Notes under the pieces: generated by a model
The model's input: the letters and a program-made list of their open reading frames with translations, nothing else
What the model was told of the DNA's origin: nothing
Databases searched by the model: none
Shown: one piece after another, positions 18,330 through 34,749 of the stretch
How positions within the stretch are numbered: the stretch's first letter is position 1
Layout: each line of letters begins with the position of its first letter
Assembly (NCBI RefSeq): GCF_009914755.1
Contig: NC_060947.1
Reading direction: 5' to 3' (one strand)
DNA length: 64,000 nt
Source: the human T2T-CHM13v2.0 reference genome, Homo sapiens
Translations under genes and position numbers: made by a program

Positions 18330-19439
18330 CTTGTTTTTCTTTTTTAATTGACCAATAAGTATATATATTAATTATGTACATCATGTTTTTAAAATATGTA
18401 TATGTTGTATAATTACTAAATCGAGCTAATGGAAATATGCATTACCTCACATACATATCCTTTTTGTGGTGAGAACACTTAAAATCTACTCTCTTAGAAA
18501 TTTTCAAGTATACGATACATTGCTATTAACTATAGTCACCATGTTATCAATAGATTCCTAGAACCTATTTCCCCTTTTTTTTAACTGAAATTTTGTATCC
18601 TTGAACCAGCATCTATTCAAACCATCCTAACCTCTGGCACGACTATTATACTCTCTGCTTCTATGAGTTAGACTGTAATTATAGAGTTCACATATAAATG
18701 AGATAATGCGGTATTTGTTTTTCTGTGCTTGGCTTAATTCATGTAGCATAATGGCCTCCAGATTCATTCATGTTGTCACAAATGACAGGATTTCCTTCTC
18801 TTTTAAGGCTGAGTAATATTTCATTGTGTATATATTCCACAGTTTATTTATTCATTTATTCACTGATGAAGATTTAGTTTGATTCCATATCTTGGCTACT
18901 GTGAATAATGCTGCAATGAACATGGGAGTGCAGGTGTCTCTTCAACATATTGATTTCATTTCCTTAGGATATATATGCAGTAGTAGGATTGCTGGATTAT
19001 ATATTAGTCCTATTTTTAATTTTTTAAAAACCTCCATACTGTTTCTCATAATGAACCTATGGAATGGGAGAAAATGTTTGTAAACCATACATCTGATAAT
19101 ACGTTAATATTCAAAATATGTAAGGAACTCAAACAATTCAATGGTAAGGAAACAAATAATCCAAATAAAAATGGGCAAATGATCTAAATAGACATTTCTC
19201 AAAAGAAGACATACAAATGGCCGGCACATATAAAAAAAATGCTCAACATCACTAATCATCAGGGAAATGCAAATTAAAACCACAATGAGATGACATCTGA
19301 TACCTGTTCAAATGGCTATTACCAAAAATACAAAAGATAACAAGTATTGCTGAGGATGTGGAGAAAAGGCAACCCTTGCACACTTTTGGTGGGAATGTAA
19401 ATTAGTACAGCTACTATGGAAACCAGTATGAAGGTTTGT
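18330..19439. mobile_element. L1MA 3' fragment with inverted 5' part (twin priming), 15-bp TSD
   Basis: Antisense L1 18330-~19053, sense L1 ~19054-19439; ctaaaagtattttct at 18315-18329 and 19440-19454. Confidence 0.85.
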
Positions 19440-19689
19440 CTAAAAGTATTTTCTAATTTCTCCTTTGATTTATTATTTGTTCCATTAGATATTTGGAGCA
19501 TGTGATTTAATTTCCACGTATTTGTGATTTTCTCAGATCTCATTCTATTATTGATCTGTACTTCCATTTTTTTATGTTCAGAGAACATGCTTCATATTCT
19601 TTATCCTTTAAAGTTTGTCGAGGTTTGTTTTATGATATAGCATATAATCCAGCCTGGAGAATGTGCGAGGTGCACTTTAGAAGAATGTA

Positions 19690-19870
19690 ACAGACACTGG
19701 GCCCTAACCAGAGGAGGGAGGGTGGGAGAAGGGAGAAGATCAGGAAAAATAACTAATGGGTACTAAGCTTAATACCTGGGTGACAAAATAATGTGTACAA
19801 CAAACACTCATGACATGAGTTTACCTATATAACAAACCTGCACATGTACCCCAAACTTAAAAGTAAAATA
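19690..19870 (+). mobile_element. Old L1PA 3' terminal fragment (sense)
   Basis: gggtactaagcttaatacctgggtgacaaaataat...aacctgcacatgtacccc. Confidence 0.8.
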
Positions 19871-19927
19871 TGTATATACATAAATATAATAAAAATTATG
19901 TAAAATAAATAGTCATGAACTATATAA

Positions 19928-20158
19928 TTGTATTTTTACTGTTCCTTTTCTATGTTTAGATACACAAATATTCACCATTGTGTTACAATTGCCTACAGTA
20001 TTCAGTACAGTCACATGCTATACAGGAGTCCAGGTGTGTAGTAGACTATACCATCTAGATCTGTGTAAGTACACTCTGTGACATTCACACAGTAACAAAA
20101 TCACCTAACAACACATTTCTCAGAAGATGTGGCCATCATTAAGCCACACGCAACTGTA
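19928..20158. mobile_element. Tigger3-family DNA transposon terminal fragment
   Basis: ttacaattgcctacagtattcagtacag...ctataccatctag...cacatttctcagaa...aactgta. Confidence 0.75.
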
Positions 20159-21638
20159 ATTAGATTTTTTAAAATCCAAATTTAAATTTTTGGCTTTATA
20201 TAAAAAAGTTTGATTTAAAAATGGATATTCATTTTTGACATTGGTATCTTGCACTTTAATTTTAATTTTTAATATTTTAAAAGAAAGAATTTTTCAAAAC
20301 TATATGGAAATAATGTTAACTTTTAAATTGTATGCTTGTTTTAATGTATACTTTTATAAATATATTTTCATTTTACTCATTTAGGTTATTACTGTCAATT
20401 GAACACCAATTATGTAAAAATCTTTATGAAATCCATATAATTAGCAATGTAGCTAAAAAGAATGCAAGAAAAATAAATTTTATGTGACAAATATATTTTT
20501 AAAAAGAATACATATTCTGTTGTTGAGTAGATTGATCTACAGATGTCTTTTAGGTCTAATTGATTTATAGAGTTGTTCAAATCATCTATTTCCTGGTCGA
20601 TTGTTTGACTACTTGTTCTTTAAAATCATAAAATGTAGTATTGATGTGTTCAACTATTGTTGAATTGTCTAATTATCACTTCATTTCTTTCCATTTTCAC
20701 TTCATGCATTTTGGTGTTCTGTTATTGGTACATATATGTGTATAATTGTTATACCTTTCTCATGGATTGACCCTTTACCATTATAAAATTTTTGTCTTTA
20801 GTAAATTTTTGTTTGGAAATCTATTTTGTTAGATATTAATTAGTATATCCTCTTTAGCTCTCTTGTGGTTGCTCTTTGCATGATTCATTTTCCATCTTTT
20901 AATTTCAATATATTTGTATATAGAGTTGTATATACATTGTGCCTCCTGTGTACAGCATTAGTTGGATCATGATTTTATTCAATCTTACTATCTCTTCATT
21001 TTGATTACATTTTTAGTCTAATCACATTTAATGTTATTGGTGATATAGTTTGATTTAGGTCTGCCATGTTACATTTTGTTTCTATATGTCTCATGTCTTT
21101 TTTCCTTATATTTTTCTTTTACTGCTTGCTTTTACAGTAAGTGGATATTTTCTAATGTAGCATTTTAATTTATTTAATTATTTCTTTCTAGTTATTTCTT
21201 TAGTGGCAACTCTAGGGCTTACCATATATATCTTATCAGAATCAGCTTCATATATGTACTAACTTAATTCCATTAAGATTTAGAAACATTACTCCTATGT
21301 AACTCTATTCCTTTTTCCCCTTTCTGAAGTATTATTTATCATATATTACATATGATACATATCACATCAATACATTTTACAAGCACAATAATATATCATT
21401 ATAATTATTACTTTATGTAATTTTATGTCTTTTAAATAATTTCATAGAGGAAAGGAGCAAATTCATATTTATGTCTTTTGTTATATTAATCTTATTTCAG
21501 ATTTTTTCCTATGGGTTCAAGTTACCATGTAGAATCATTTATTTAGCCCATTATAGCTTTGCCCCCACCTACATCTTTTTAGCTGTCATTGGCAAATGTG
21601 TTTACATTTCTATAAGGTATATAGTCAAGCATATATTA

Positions 21639-22067
21639 TGTCAACTTAAATAACAAACCAAGAGAAGCTCTCTAAAAGAAAAGATGTTTATTTGGGGATA
21701 CAGCATTGCAATGGGAATATGCATGCCATAGTAAAAAATGTGCATATTTAATTAGATGAACAAAGACAAAGTCTTTTAAAGGAAAAAATCAGACGGATTA
21801 CATAATTGTTTTGAAATAGTTATTCTTGTCTACAAAGATTAATAACAAGAATGATGCCAGTCTGAGGTTAGACAGGTAGTTGCTGGGTAGATGACGCTGT
21901 AGAGGTATTTTTTTGTGTGAAGTTGTAATGCTTTCTGCAGACTTTTGTGATAGTTGTGTTATCAGATATACCAACATGAGAACGCTCTCTTCACGGCCTT
22001 TCCTGGCTCTATTTGTCAGGGTTTCATTAATATTAATGAATCCATTTTGATTATGGCAACTTTCACA
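21639..22067 (-). mobile_element. MER67-like ERV1 solo LTR
   Basis: TG...CA ends; reverse complement begins tgtgaaagttgccataatcaaaatgga...aaccctgacaaatagagccagg. Confidence 0.7.
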
Positions 22068-22426
22068 ATTGTACACTTTTTTATACAATTGCTTTTAAAA
22101 TCAGCCAAGAAAGGAGAAATGTATGCATTTATACTGTCTTCTATAATTAAAAATTTCTTTATAGATATTCTTTGTATTTTTATATTGGTATTATTGCCTG
22201 GGGTCACTTGCCTTCAGCTCAAGAACTTCATTTAGTATTTTTTGGAAGGCAGGTCTGCTAGCAAAATTCTCTCAGGGAATGTGCTTATGTTGCTTTTGTT
22301 TTTAAAAATAGCTTTGCTGGATATAGGATCCTTGGTTGACATTTTGTTTTTCTTCATTAGGCATTTTTGAATATGCTATCCCATCACTTTCCACCCTCCA
22401 TTGTTTCTGATTAAAAGCCAGCTGTT

Positions 22427-22736
<310 letters not shown>

Positions 22737-25700
22737 TCATTGTGGTTCTATTGTAAGTGATGGGCCCTTTACCCTTGTTGCTCCCAAATTTTTCTCCATG
22801 TATTTGGCTTTCAGTATTTTGACTAGTTTATCTGTGGATCTCTTTGTATTTTTCCAACTTTTAGTTAATTGACTTTCCTAGATATGTAGATGTGTAATGG
22901 TGTTCTTCTCTCTGAGTAGTAGTCCCAATCTAGAATTTGAGTGCTAAGTGAAAGGGCTAGGCCGTAGCCATAGGTCTTTAGGCTTGCTTCTCTTGACATG
23001 AACCCCTGTCTTATCAGGTGGGAAAATGGCAATTCGGGACCCAGTATTTTCAGCAGCACCATACCCAAGCTGGAGCTTCTACTGTATGAGTAGAGATCAA
23101 GTAGAAAAGTAGAGTGCCCGCTTCTCAGCTACACTTACCCAGATATTATCCTCAGCAGCAGGTAGCTGGTAGTAGGATGAAAAATGCTGATGCTGTGTCT
23201 CTCCTAGGAATATAAATCCTTGACTGGGAACTGGGGATAAGGGGAACCTTGTGCATTAGCTCTACCAATCTGAGTGAAGTTTCCATCTTCCTGCATTGGG
23301 AATGGGGAGGAACAGAATGGGTTATGGTTCAAACACCATAGACTCTCACTGTTCTTACTGAGCTCTACTAGATTTCCTTGAACAAATGTTTCTTCATATT
23401 TTGCATGTCTCCAGGACCATTTTCAGAAAGTTTAAATTATTGTTCTTCTATAATTTCCACTAGTTTTCGTGGAAAGTAAATCTGTGGAGTTCTTCACGTG
23501 GTCATGCCAAAAGTGGACCTCACTTCATCTTTTTTTATGTCTTCATAATATTCAATTCTATGGATATACCACATATTTACCTTCAGTTCATTGAACGTAT
23601 TTTAAATCACTTATTTAAAGTCTTTTTCCAGTAAGCCAAATATCTACGTTTTCACAGAGACAGTTTCTACTGATTACTTCTTTTCCTATGTAAGAGCCAT
23701 ACATTCATATTTCTTTGAAATTCTCATATATTTTTATTGCAACTTGGACAATTTAAATATTATAATGTAGTAACTCTGGAAATTAGATTCTCATCATTCC
23801 TCAGGATTGGCTGTTTTCACTATTTATTGTGGTAGTTATTGTTTACTGACTTTCCTGAAGTAACTCTGCAGAGTGTATATTCTTTATCAATGAAGTCTCA
23901 GCTCCATTAGCTTAGAGGCCAGCTGATAATTGGACAGAGATTACCTTAATTGCCTGGAACAAATAAATCTCTCAGTTGTTGCTAAGGAGTTCTGTGTTGC
24001 TGTTGGGACACATCTTCAACATTCAGCCAATCAGTATACCATTTTGCCATGGGCTTCCCTTACTTGCACAGAGCCTCAAGGTCAGACAGAAGTGAGAGCT
24101 TAAGGCCCTCTCAGGTCTTTCCTAAGCAATCCGACTGTTTGGGGAATGCATACAATCCTACACATGCAGGTGTCCTTTTAGATTATGAAGAATCATGTTG
24201 GAGCTTTTCAAAGCCCTTCTGGACATTTTATTTCTCACTTTTTCCTTTTATTCATTTTGCTTAGTCTATTGTTTTCCCCAACTGTAAATAATTTCCTCAG
24301 GCAGCTGGAATGTTAAAACATTTGCCAGTAAATGTTTTCCAGAAATGCTCCTCAGGGAGAAGTTTTTAGCACTGGTTGAACTCCAAGTCAGATGAAAGGA
24401 AATAAGCCTTTTGTGTTGGTTCTTCCAGGACACCACTAGAAAAGTCAAATAATGACAATTTTTTAGGTGCATGGCTTTCAGAGATCTCCAACTCCATTTT
24501 GCTACTCTCAGTGCCAGGAGGGTCAGCTGTTATTTTTTAGGACTGACACTGATCTGGAGAGCACGGGATGGGAAAGGAACGGTTCTTAGTGATATTGAGA
24601 CAATTATCTTGAATGAATGTTTCCCATGTTGCTGCAAGTTTTGGGTTAGTTTTTATAGTTCTGATGATGTTGAATCTATTTTTCCAATTTTTCTGTTGCT
24701 TTTATAGAGAGGCAAATTTTTGAAGGGACTTACTCTAACATTTTCACAGATGCCACTCTCTGCTTTTTCTTGTTTTAAATAAATTTCTTAGTATGCAATT
24801 TCAATTCCACTATTGGCATTTTAGATATATTTGAATTATTTTTAAATTATTGAGCTAGAAAATATGGTATGCTTCTATAACTTATCCTATTATACTAAAT
24901 GTTCATCTCTACTTACTTCTTAGAACAAGAAATATAGGAACTTTGAAAACGTATAGTTGCATTTACCTCTTCCCATCATTTGTGGATTGTTGTCAAATAT
25001 ATTACATGTGTCTACATTATAAAGCCACTTACAGAATGTTGTAATTTTTGCAGTAAATAGCATCTTTGTAAAATAAAAAGAGTTTTACCTTGTATTATAC
25101 TTAACCACATATTCACTTACCATTTCTTGTTCCCTTCATTATTTCTGGTTTTCATGAGTTACTATCTCATGTCATTTCCTTTCAGCCTGAAGGACTTCCA
25201 CTAACATTTCTCATAGTGCATATCTGCAATCAATAATTCATTTTTTGCTATCTACAAATATTTTCATTTCACCTTCAATTTTGAGGGATAGTCTTACTGG
25301 ATATAGAATTGTTTGTTGACTGTTATTTTGTTTCAGCACTTTTAATTTGATATTTGAGTGTGTCCTGTCCTTCATAGTTTCTTGAGATAAGCTGATAATT
25401 ATATAATTGTTTCCTCATATGAAATATGTCTCTTCCTACTTCTGCTTTTTAAATATTCTTACTCTCTTTTAAATTCAGCAGACTGTGATGTTTGTAGGTG
25501 TGATTTCTCCTGTTTATTCTATTTGGAATTCATTCATCTTTATGAAAATGTGGGTTAAACTTTTTCACAAATTTGTGAAGTTATTGGCCACTATTTCTTC
25601 AAACATTTATTCTGCTTCTTTCCTTTCTGTCTGGGGCCCAAATTATACCTATATTAAGCCACTTAGTATTATCTCATAAGTCTCAGGCTTAATTCATATT

Positions 25701-27099
25701 TTGTATCATTTTATTCCCTACTCACTGATTCTTCTAGCCTTCGAAATTGCAATTGTCCCATCAAGTGAATTTTTTTTTTGCTATTTTGATAATTTAATTT
25801 TACGAACATTATAATTTTCACTTGGTCTTTTTATAGGTGTCATTTCGTTATTGATATTGTTGTCTTTCCTGTCATTAATACCATATTTGCCTCGAACTTA
25901 TTGAACATATTTTAAAATACCTGTTTTCACATTTGGATCTTTAAATCAAACATCTGTGACCAAGCATGGTCTATTTATATTAAATTCCCCTTTTACAGTT
26001 TATGTTTCCCACTTTCTGTTTCTTTGTCAACTTTTGATTGAAAACTGGATATTGTTATACATTGACACTCTGGAGCTTGTTTCTTATTGTGAAGATTATT
26101 GTTTTTTATATCTAGTAGGTATTTAACTTTCTGGACTCAAACTATAAAACCTGTGTCCCCCACATTGTGCAACAGCTGACATTTCTTTTCAGTTTTCTTG
26201 ACTTCTAGTTGCTTCTTTTTAGTGTGTTCCTCCCATCTTTCCCTTGTGCCTATGGAGTTTAAAGATCAGCCTAGGATTGAGGCAAAATTTGTAATGAGAT
26301 TTAGGATAGGTTGGAGAATGCATTCAATCAAAGACACAAATTGAAAATTAGTAAGGGAACTCAGGAAGAAAGCGAACCACAGAGAGATCGTTAAATCTAA
26401 ATATAAATTCATGCTGTATGTCCTGATCATAGGAAGAGATCCTTCAATGTATCATAATTTAGTCTGGCAATAGCTGTTTTTTTTTATAAGAATATATCTT
26501 TTTATCAACTGGGGAAGTATCTTTGTTCCTAGTTTTCAGAGAATTTTTATCGGGAATAGATATTGACTTTTGATAAATGATGTTTTAAATTCTATTGAGA
26601 GGATCTAATAGTATACTTTTTTCTCTTATTTATCCTATTAATGTGGATAATTTCTTTGACTGGTATACATTCTTGAAACATCCTTGCATTCTTGGGAACA
26701 ATCTAGAGATTAAACCCCCATCTGATCATGATATACTTTTTATATATTGATGGATTTCAATTCCTAATATATTACTGAGGATCTGTACATCTATGTACAT
26801 AAATGATTTTGTTCAATAAATTACTTATCTTGCAAAGTCCTTATCAGCTTTTCGTATCAGTTATGCTGAAATCATAAAATTGGTTAGAAATATATCCTCC
26901 TTTTCCATTATCTGACACTGTTCACATAAAATTGGTAATATTTCTCTCTTAAATGTTTGACCGAATTCACCAATGAAGGCATTTGCATCTGAATTCTTTT
27001 TCTGGAGGGGGTTTCAAATGTCATTTAGTTACCTTAGTAGATGAAGAGCAATTTCAATTTTCTGTTTCTTTCCATTTTGTTTCACTTTAATTCATAGGC

Positions 27100-29350
<2,251 letters not shown>

Positions 29351-29375
29351 TATTTATATTTCAATAAATCTACCT

Positions 29376-29705
29376 TATTTATTTATTTATCCATTTATTT
29401 ATCTACCTTATTTATTTATTCATTTGAGACAGAGTGTTGCTCTGTCACCCAGGCTGGAGTGCAGTATCATGATCTCGGCTCACTGCAACCTCTGCCTCCT
29501 GGGTTCAAGCGATTCTCATGCCTCAGCCTCGAGTACTTGGTATTCCAGGCACACACCACCATGCTCGGCTAATTTTTGTATTTTTATTTGAGACGGGGTT
29601 TCACCGTGTTGGCCAGGCTGGACTCGAACTCCTGACCTCAAGTGGTCCACTCGCCTCAGGCTCCCAAAGTGCTGGGATTACAGGTGTGAGTCACTGTGCC
29701 CAGCC
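29376..29705 (-). mobile_element. AluS
   Basis: Full Alu with complex T-rich tail. Confidence 0.93.
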
Positions 29706-30340
29706 AGATTTATTTTTTAAATAAACAAAACATCAACAATCTGTGAGACACTGACAAGTGCTCTAATATGCATTGATCTCAGAAAGGGAGGAAAGACACA
29801 CTGAGGACATAAAATGTTTGAAGCATATAGAAAGTGTACATCCCTTCTTATATTTTTTAAAGTCTAGTAATAACAAGTGAAAAAAATTATAACAAAGTGT
29901 TGTGGAGTTATGCCATATTTAGAAATAAATCATATGAAAACAATGACATATGTTGGGGGTGTAAATGAACTTATGCTGTTATATTATTCTTACATTATAC
30001 ATGAGGTAGTAGATCATGCAACTTATCATAATTGATCATAGTATTTCTTTTTAAAAATATCTGTAGGTTATGTAGTGATGTACTCTCTTTTATCTTGATA
30101 CTGGTAATTTGTGTTCTTTCTCCTTCCTTTTTCTTGATGTGTCTTGGTAGAGATTGATCCATTTTATTAAACTTTGCAAAGAACCAACTTTAGGTTTGTG
30201 AGGTTTCTTTATCATGTATCTGTTTTCTCTTTTGTTGATTTTTACTCCTCATTTATCTGTTTTCTTCTTTGTATGTAGGATGTAATTTCCTCTTCTTTTT
30301 TTCAAGTTTCTTACTGCAGAAACTTAGATTACTAATTTTA

Positions 30341-30740
<400 letters not shown>

Positions 30741-32086
30741 TCAACAAATTATTCTCAAACGTTTTTCCAATTTTTCTTGTGATTTCTTTTTTGGCACATG
30801 AGCTATTTAGATGGTTGTAATTTGATTTTCCAGTTATTTAGATGAGATGTGGGAAATGAGTGATCAATATCTTATTTGTCATTAATTTCTTATTTAATTC
30901 TGTTGCTAAGAACATACTATATAAGATTGCAGTCTTTAGAAATTATTGAGAGATATTTTATGCTTCAACATATGACTTATCTTGATAAGCATTCCATGTG
31001 AACATTTTAAAGAAGGTATATTCAGAAGCATTCAGTGTAGTGTTCTGTAAATGTCAATCACATCTAATTGACAGTGTTTATATTTTATATATCATTACTT
31101 TCTTTTTCAAACAGTTACTGAGAAAGGAATGTTAAAAATGCCAATGATGATTGTGGATGTATTCATTTCTTCCTTAGTTCTGTAGATTTTGCTTTAAATA
31201 TTTTGAAGCTGTGTCACTGGGGGAAACACATTTAGGATTTGTATGCCTTTTGAATTTGTCCTTTTATTATTGTGAATACCCACTTTCATCTCTGCTAATA
31301 TTGCTTGTCTTGAAATACACTTTGTCTGACAATAATATAGCCATGCTACCTTTCTTGTAATAACTACTCATACAATATATAATTTTCCATAATTTCTAAC
31401 TTTGTACTTACATATGTCTTCATATTTAAAGTTTGTCTCTTTTAAGACAACTGATCATCTTTCTCTTTTATCTTAATCTGAAAATCTCTGCCTCGTAACT
31501 AAACGATTTGGATCAATTACATTTTATGTAATCATCAATATGACTAGGTTTAAGTCTGATATCTTACTATTCATTTTCTTTTTGCTTCATTTAATTTTTG
31601 TTCTCCTGTTTCTCTTTTCCTGCCTTCTCTTCTGCTTACCAAATACCTTTAGCATTGCATTTTAGTTCCTTTATTGACTTTTTATCTATATATTTTTAAG
31701 TATTTTTATTTGACCTAGGTGGATTTAAGGATTGCCATCGGATATCTTATCTCATAAGCATCCTTAATTTTAATAATGTACTAATTTTCCACTTTAGACT
31801 TTAGACATGTAAGAAACTTAAAATGTATAATTTGATTTTTCAAGCCTGTTCTTTTTGTTAATATTGTCATGTATGCTCTTGCTACATATGTCATAGACAC
31901 AACTTTAAAATCAACTCATTTGTGCCTCAAAACCTCACTTACCTTTTAAGAAATTAGGAAAAAATAAAAAGTAGTCTGTTTACTTACATGTTTACCATTT
32001 TGGGTGCTCCTCTTTCCTCCAGTAGTTGTGAGTTTCCACCTGGTATCATTTTCAACAGCCTGAAGAACTTCCTTTAGCAATCTTTT

Positions 32087-34515
32087 TTTTTTTCCAAATT
32101 TTATTTTAAGTTCAGGGATACACGTGCAGGATGTGCAGGTTTCTTACATAGGTAAATGTGTCCCATGGTGGTTTGCTACACAGATCATCCCATCACTTAG
32201 GTATTAAGCTCAGCATCCATTAGCTATTCTTCCTAATGCCCTCCGTCCTCACCGGCTGGCAGGCCCCAGTGTGTATTGTTCCTCGCTATGTGTCCATGTG
32301 TTCTCATGATTCAGCTGCCACTTCTAAGTGAGAAGACAAGGTATTTGCTTTTCTGTTCCTGTGTTAGTTTGCTGAAGATAATGGCTTCCAGCTCCATTCA
32401 TATTCCTGCAAAGGACGTAATCTCATTCCTTTTTATGGCTGCATAGTATTCCGTGGTTTATATGTACCACATTTTCTTTATCCAATCTATCATTGATGGG
32501 CATTTGGGTTGGTTCCAAGTCTTTGCTATTGTGAATAGTGCTGCAATGAACATATACATGCATGTATCTTTATAACAGAATAATTTACATTCCTTTGGGT
32601 ATATACCCAGTAATGGGATTGCTGTGTTGAGTGGTATTTCTGCCTCTGGGTCTTTAAGGAATCACCACACTGTCTTCCACAGTGGTTAAACTAATTTACA
32701 CTGCCACCAACAGTGTAAAAGTGTTGCTTTTTCTCCACAACCTCACCACCCTCTGTTGTTTCTGGACTTTTTAATAGTCGCCATTCTGGCTGACATGAGA
32801 TGATATCTCATTGTGGTTTTGATTTGCATTTCTCTAATAATCAGCGATGTTGAGCTTGTTTTCATGTATTTCTTGGCCACATGAGTAGCTTCTTTGAAGA
32901 AGTGTCTGTTCATGTCCTTTGCCCACTTTTTAATGGAGTTGTTTTTTTCTTGTAAATTTGTTTAAGTTCCTTGTACACTCTGGATATTAGACCTTTGTCA
33001 GGTTGCAAAGATTTTCTCCCATTTTATAGGTTGTCTGCTCATTCTTATGACAGTTTATTTTGCTCTGCAGAAGCTCTTTAGTTTAACTAGAACCCATTTG
33101 TCAATTTTTGCTTTTGTTCCAACTGCTTTTGGTGTCCTCATCTTAAAATCTTTGCCCATGTCTATATTCAGAATGGTATTGCCTAGGTTTTCTTCTGAGA
33201 TTTTTAGTTTGGGGTTTTACATTTAAGTCTTTAATCCATCTTGAGTTGATTATTGTATATGGTATAAGAAAGGGGTCCAGTTTCAGTTTTCTGCATATGG
33301 CTAGCCAGTTCTCCAAGCACAATTTATTAAATAGGAAATCCTTTCCCCATTGCTTGTATTTGTCAAGTTTGTCAAATATCAGATAGTTGTAGGTGTGCAG
33401 TCTTATTTCTGAGATCTCTATTCTGTTCCATTGGTCTATGTGTCTGTTTTTGTACCAGTACCATGCTGTTTTGGTTACTGTGGCCGAATAGTATAGTTTG
33501 AAGTTGAGTAACGTGATGCCTCCAGCTTTGTTCTTTTTGCTTAGGATTGCCTTGGCTATTTGGGCTCTTTTTTGGTTTCATATGAATTTTTAAAGTTTCT
33601 TCTAATTCTTTGAAGAATTTCAATGATAGTTTAATGGGAATAGCATAGAATCTATAACTTTGGGCAGTTATGAGCATTTTAATTGCATCGATTCTTTCTA
33701 TCCATGAGCATGGAATGTTTTTCCATTTGTTTATGTCATCTCTGATTACTTTGAGCAGTGGTTTGTAGTTCTCCTTAAAGAGGTCCTTCACTTCCCTTAT
33801 TAGCTATATTCCTAAGTATTTTATTCCTTTTGTGGCACTTGTGAATGGGAGTTCATTCATTCTTTGGCTCTCAGCTTGCCTGTTGTTTCTGTATAGGAAT
33901 GCGCTATCTCAGGCAGGCTCCACCCTGTTGCTGGTGGCTGGCTGGAATTCCAAACCAGTGGGTCTTATCTTGTGAGATGCCATGGAAGTGGGGCCCGCAG
34001 GACAATGCTGCTTGACTTCCCGGATTCAGCCCCCTTCCTAGTGGTATGTACGGACCTCCCGCCTTGCCTGAGTTGCAGACACCTTTGTTGGGGATCCTGG
34101 GGTCAGAGTATGTAAAGCTCCTGGGTCTCTGTGTGTGCCTGAGCAGCTGCTTTGCTGTGACTCCACACAGCTCTGTGTTGGACCCAAGGCCCTGGTGGCA
34201 TAGGTTCACAAGGGGATCTCCTGATCTGTGGGTTGCAAAGATCCGTGGGAGGAGCATGGTTTCCCACGGTCGCACAAGCACTCACCGCTTCCCTTGACTG
34301 GACGTGAGGGTTCCCTTGGCTCTGTGTTGCTCCCAGGTGGGCCGTTGCCCCGCCTGGCTTTTCTTTGTTCTCCATCGGTTGAGTTGTTTCCCTGATCAGT
34401 CCCAAAGTGAGTACCTGGATATTTCAGTTGAAGATACTGTATTCACTCACGCCTTTTGTTCCTCTCTGTGAGTGCCGTGGACTGTAGCTGCTTCTAATCA
34501 ACCATCTTGGTCCCC
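32087..34515 (-). mobile_element. L1PA8-10-like element: 5'UTR (~610 nt) joined directly to distal ORF2 plus 3'UTR
   Basis: L1 start (reverse complement ggggaccaagatggttgattagaagcagct) at 34515, junction at ~33902, ORF2 remnant [13 protein letters not shown], polyT at ~32083-32093; TSD ttagca(a/t)tctttt at 32074-32086 and 34516-34528. Confidence 0.85.
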
Positions 34516-34749
34516 TTAGCATTCTTTTAATGAAGTTCTGTTGGCAACAAATTCTCTCAGCTTTAGTTGACATGAAAAAGTCTTAATTTTACCTTCATTT
34601 ATGAAGTATATGATCACTGAACATAAAATTCTGGGTTGACAGATGTGCGTTTGTTGCTGTAGTTTTTACTTTATTCTTTTTAAAGATGATTTTATCTTCT
34701 GTCCTCCATGGTATCTGATATGACACCCTTGGATATTTCTTTCTTTTTC

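Noticed and set aside
33904-34405. GC-rich island with 80-125 aa ORFs resembling an exon
   Set aside because: L1 5'UTR sequence.
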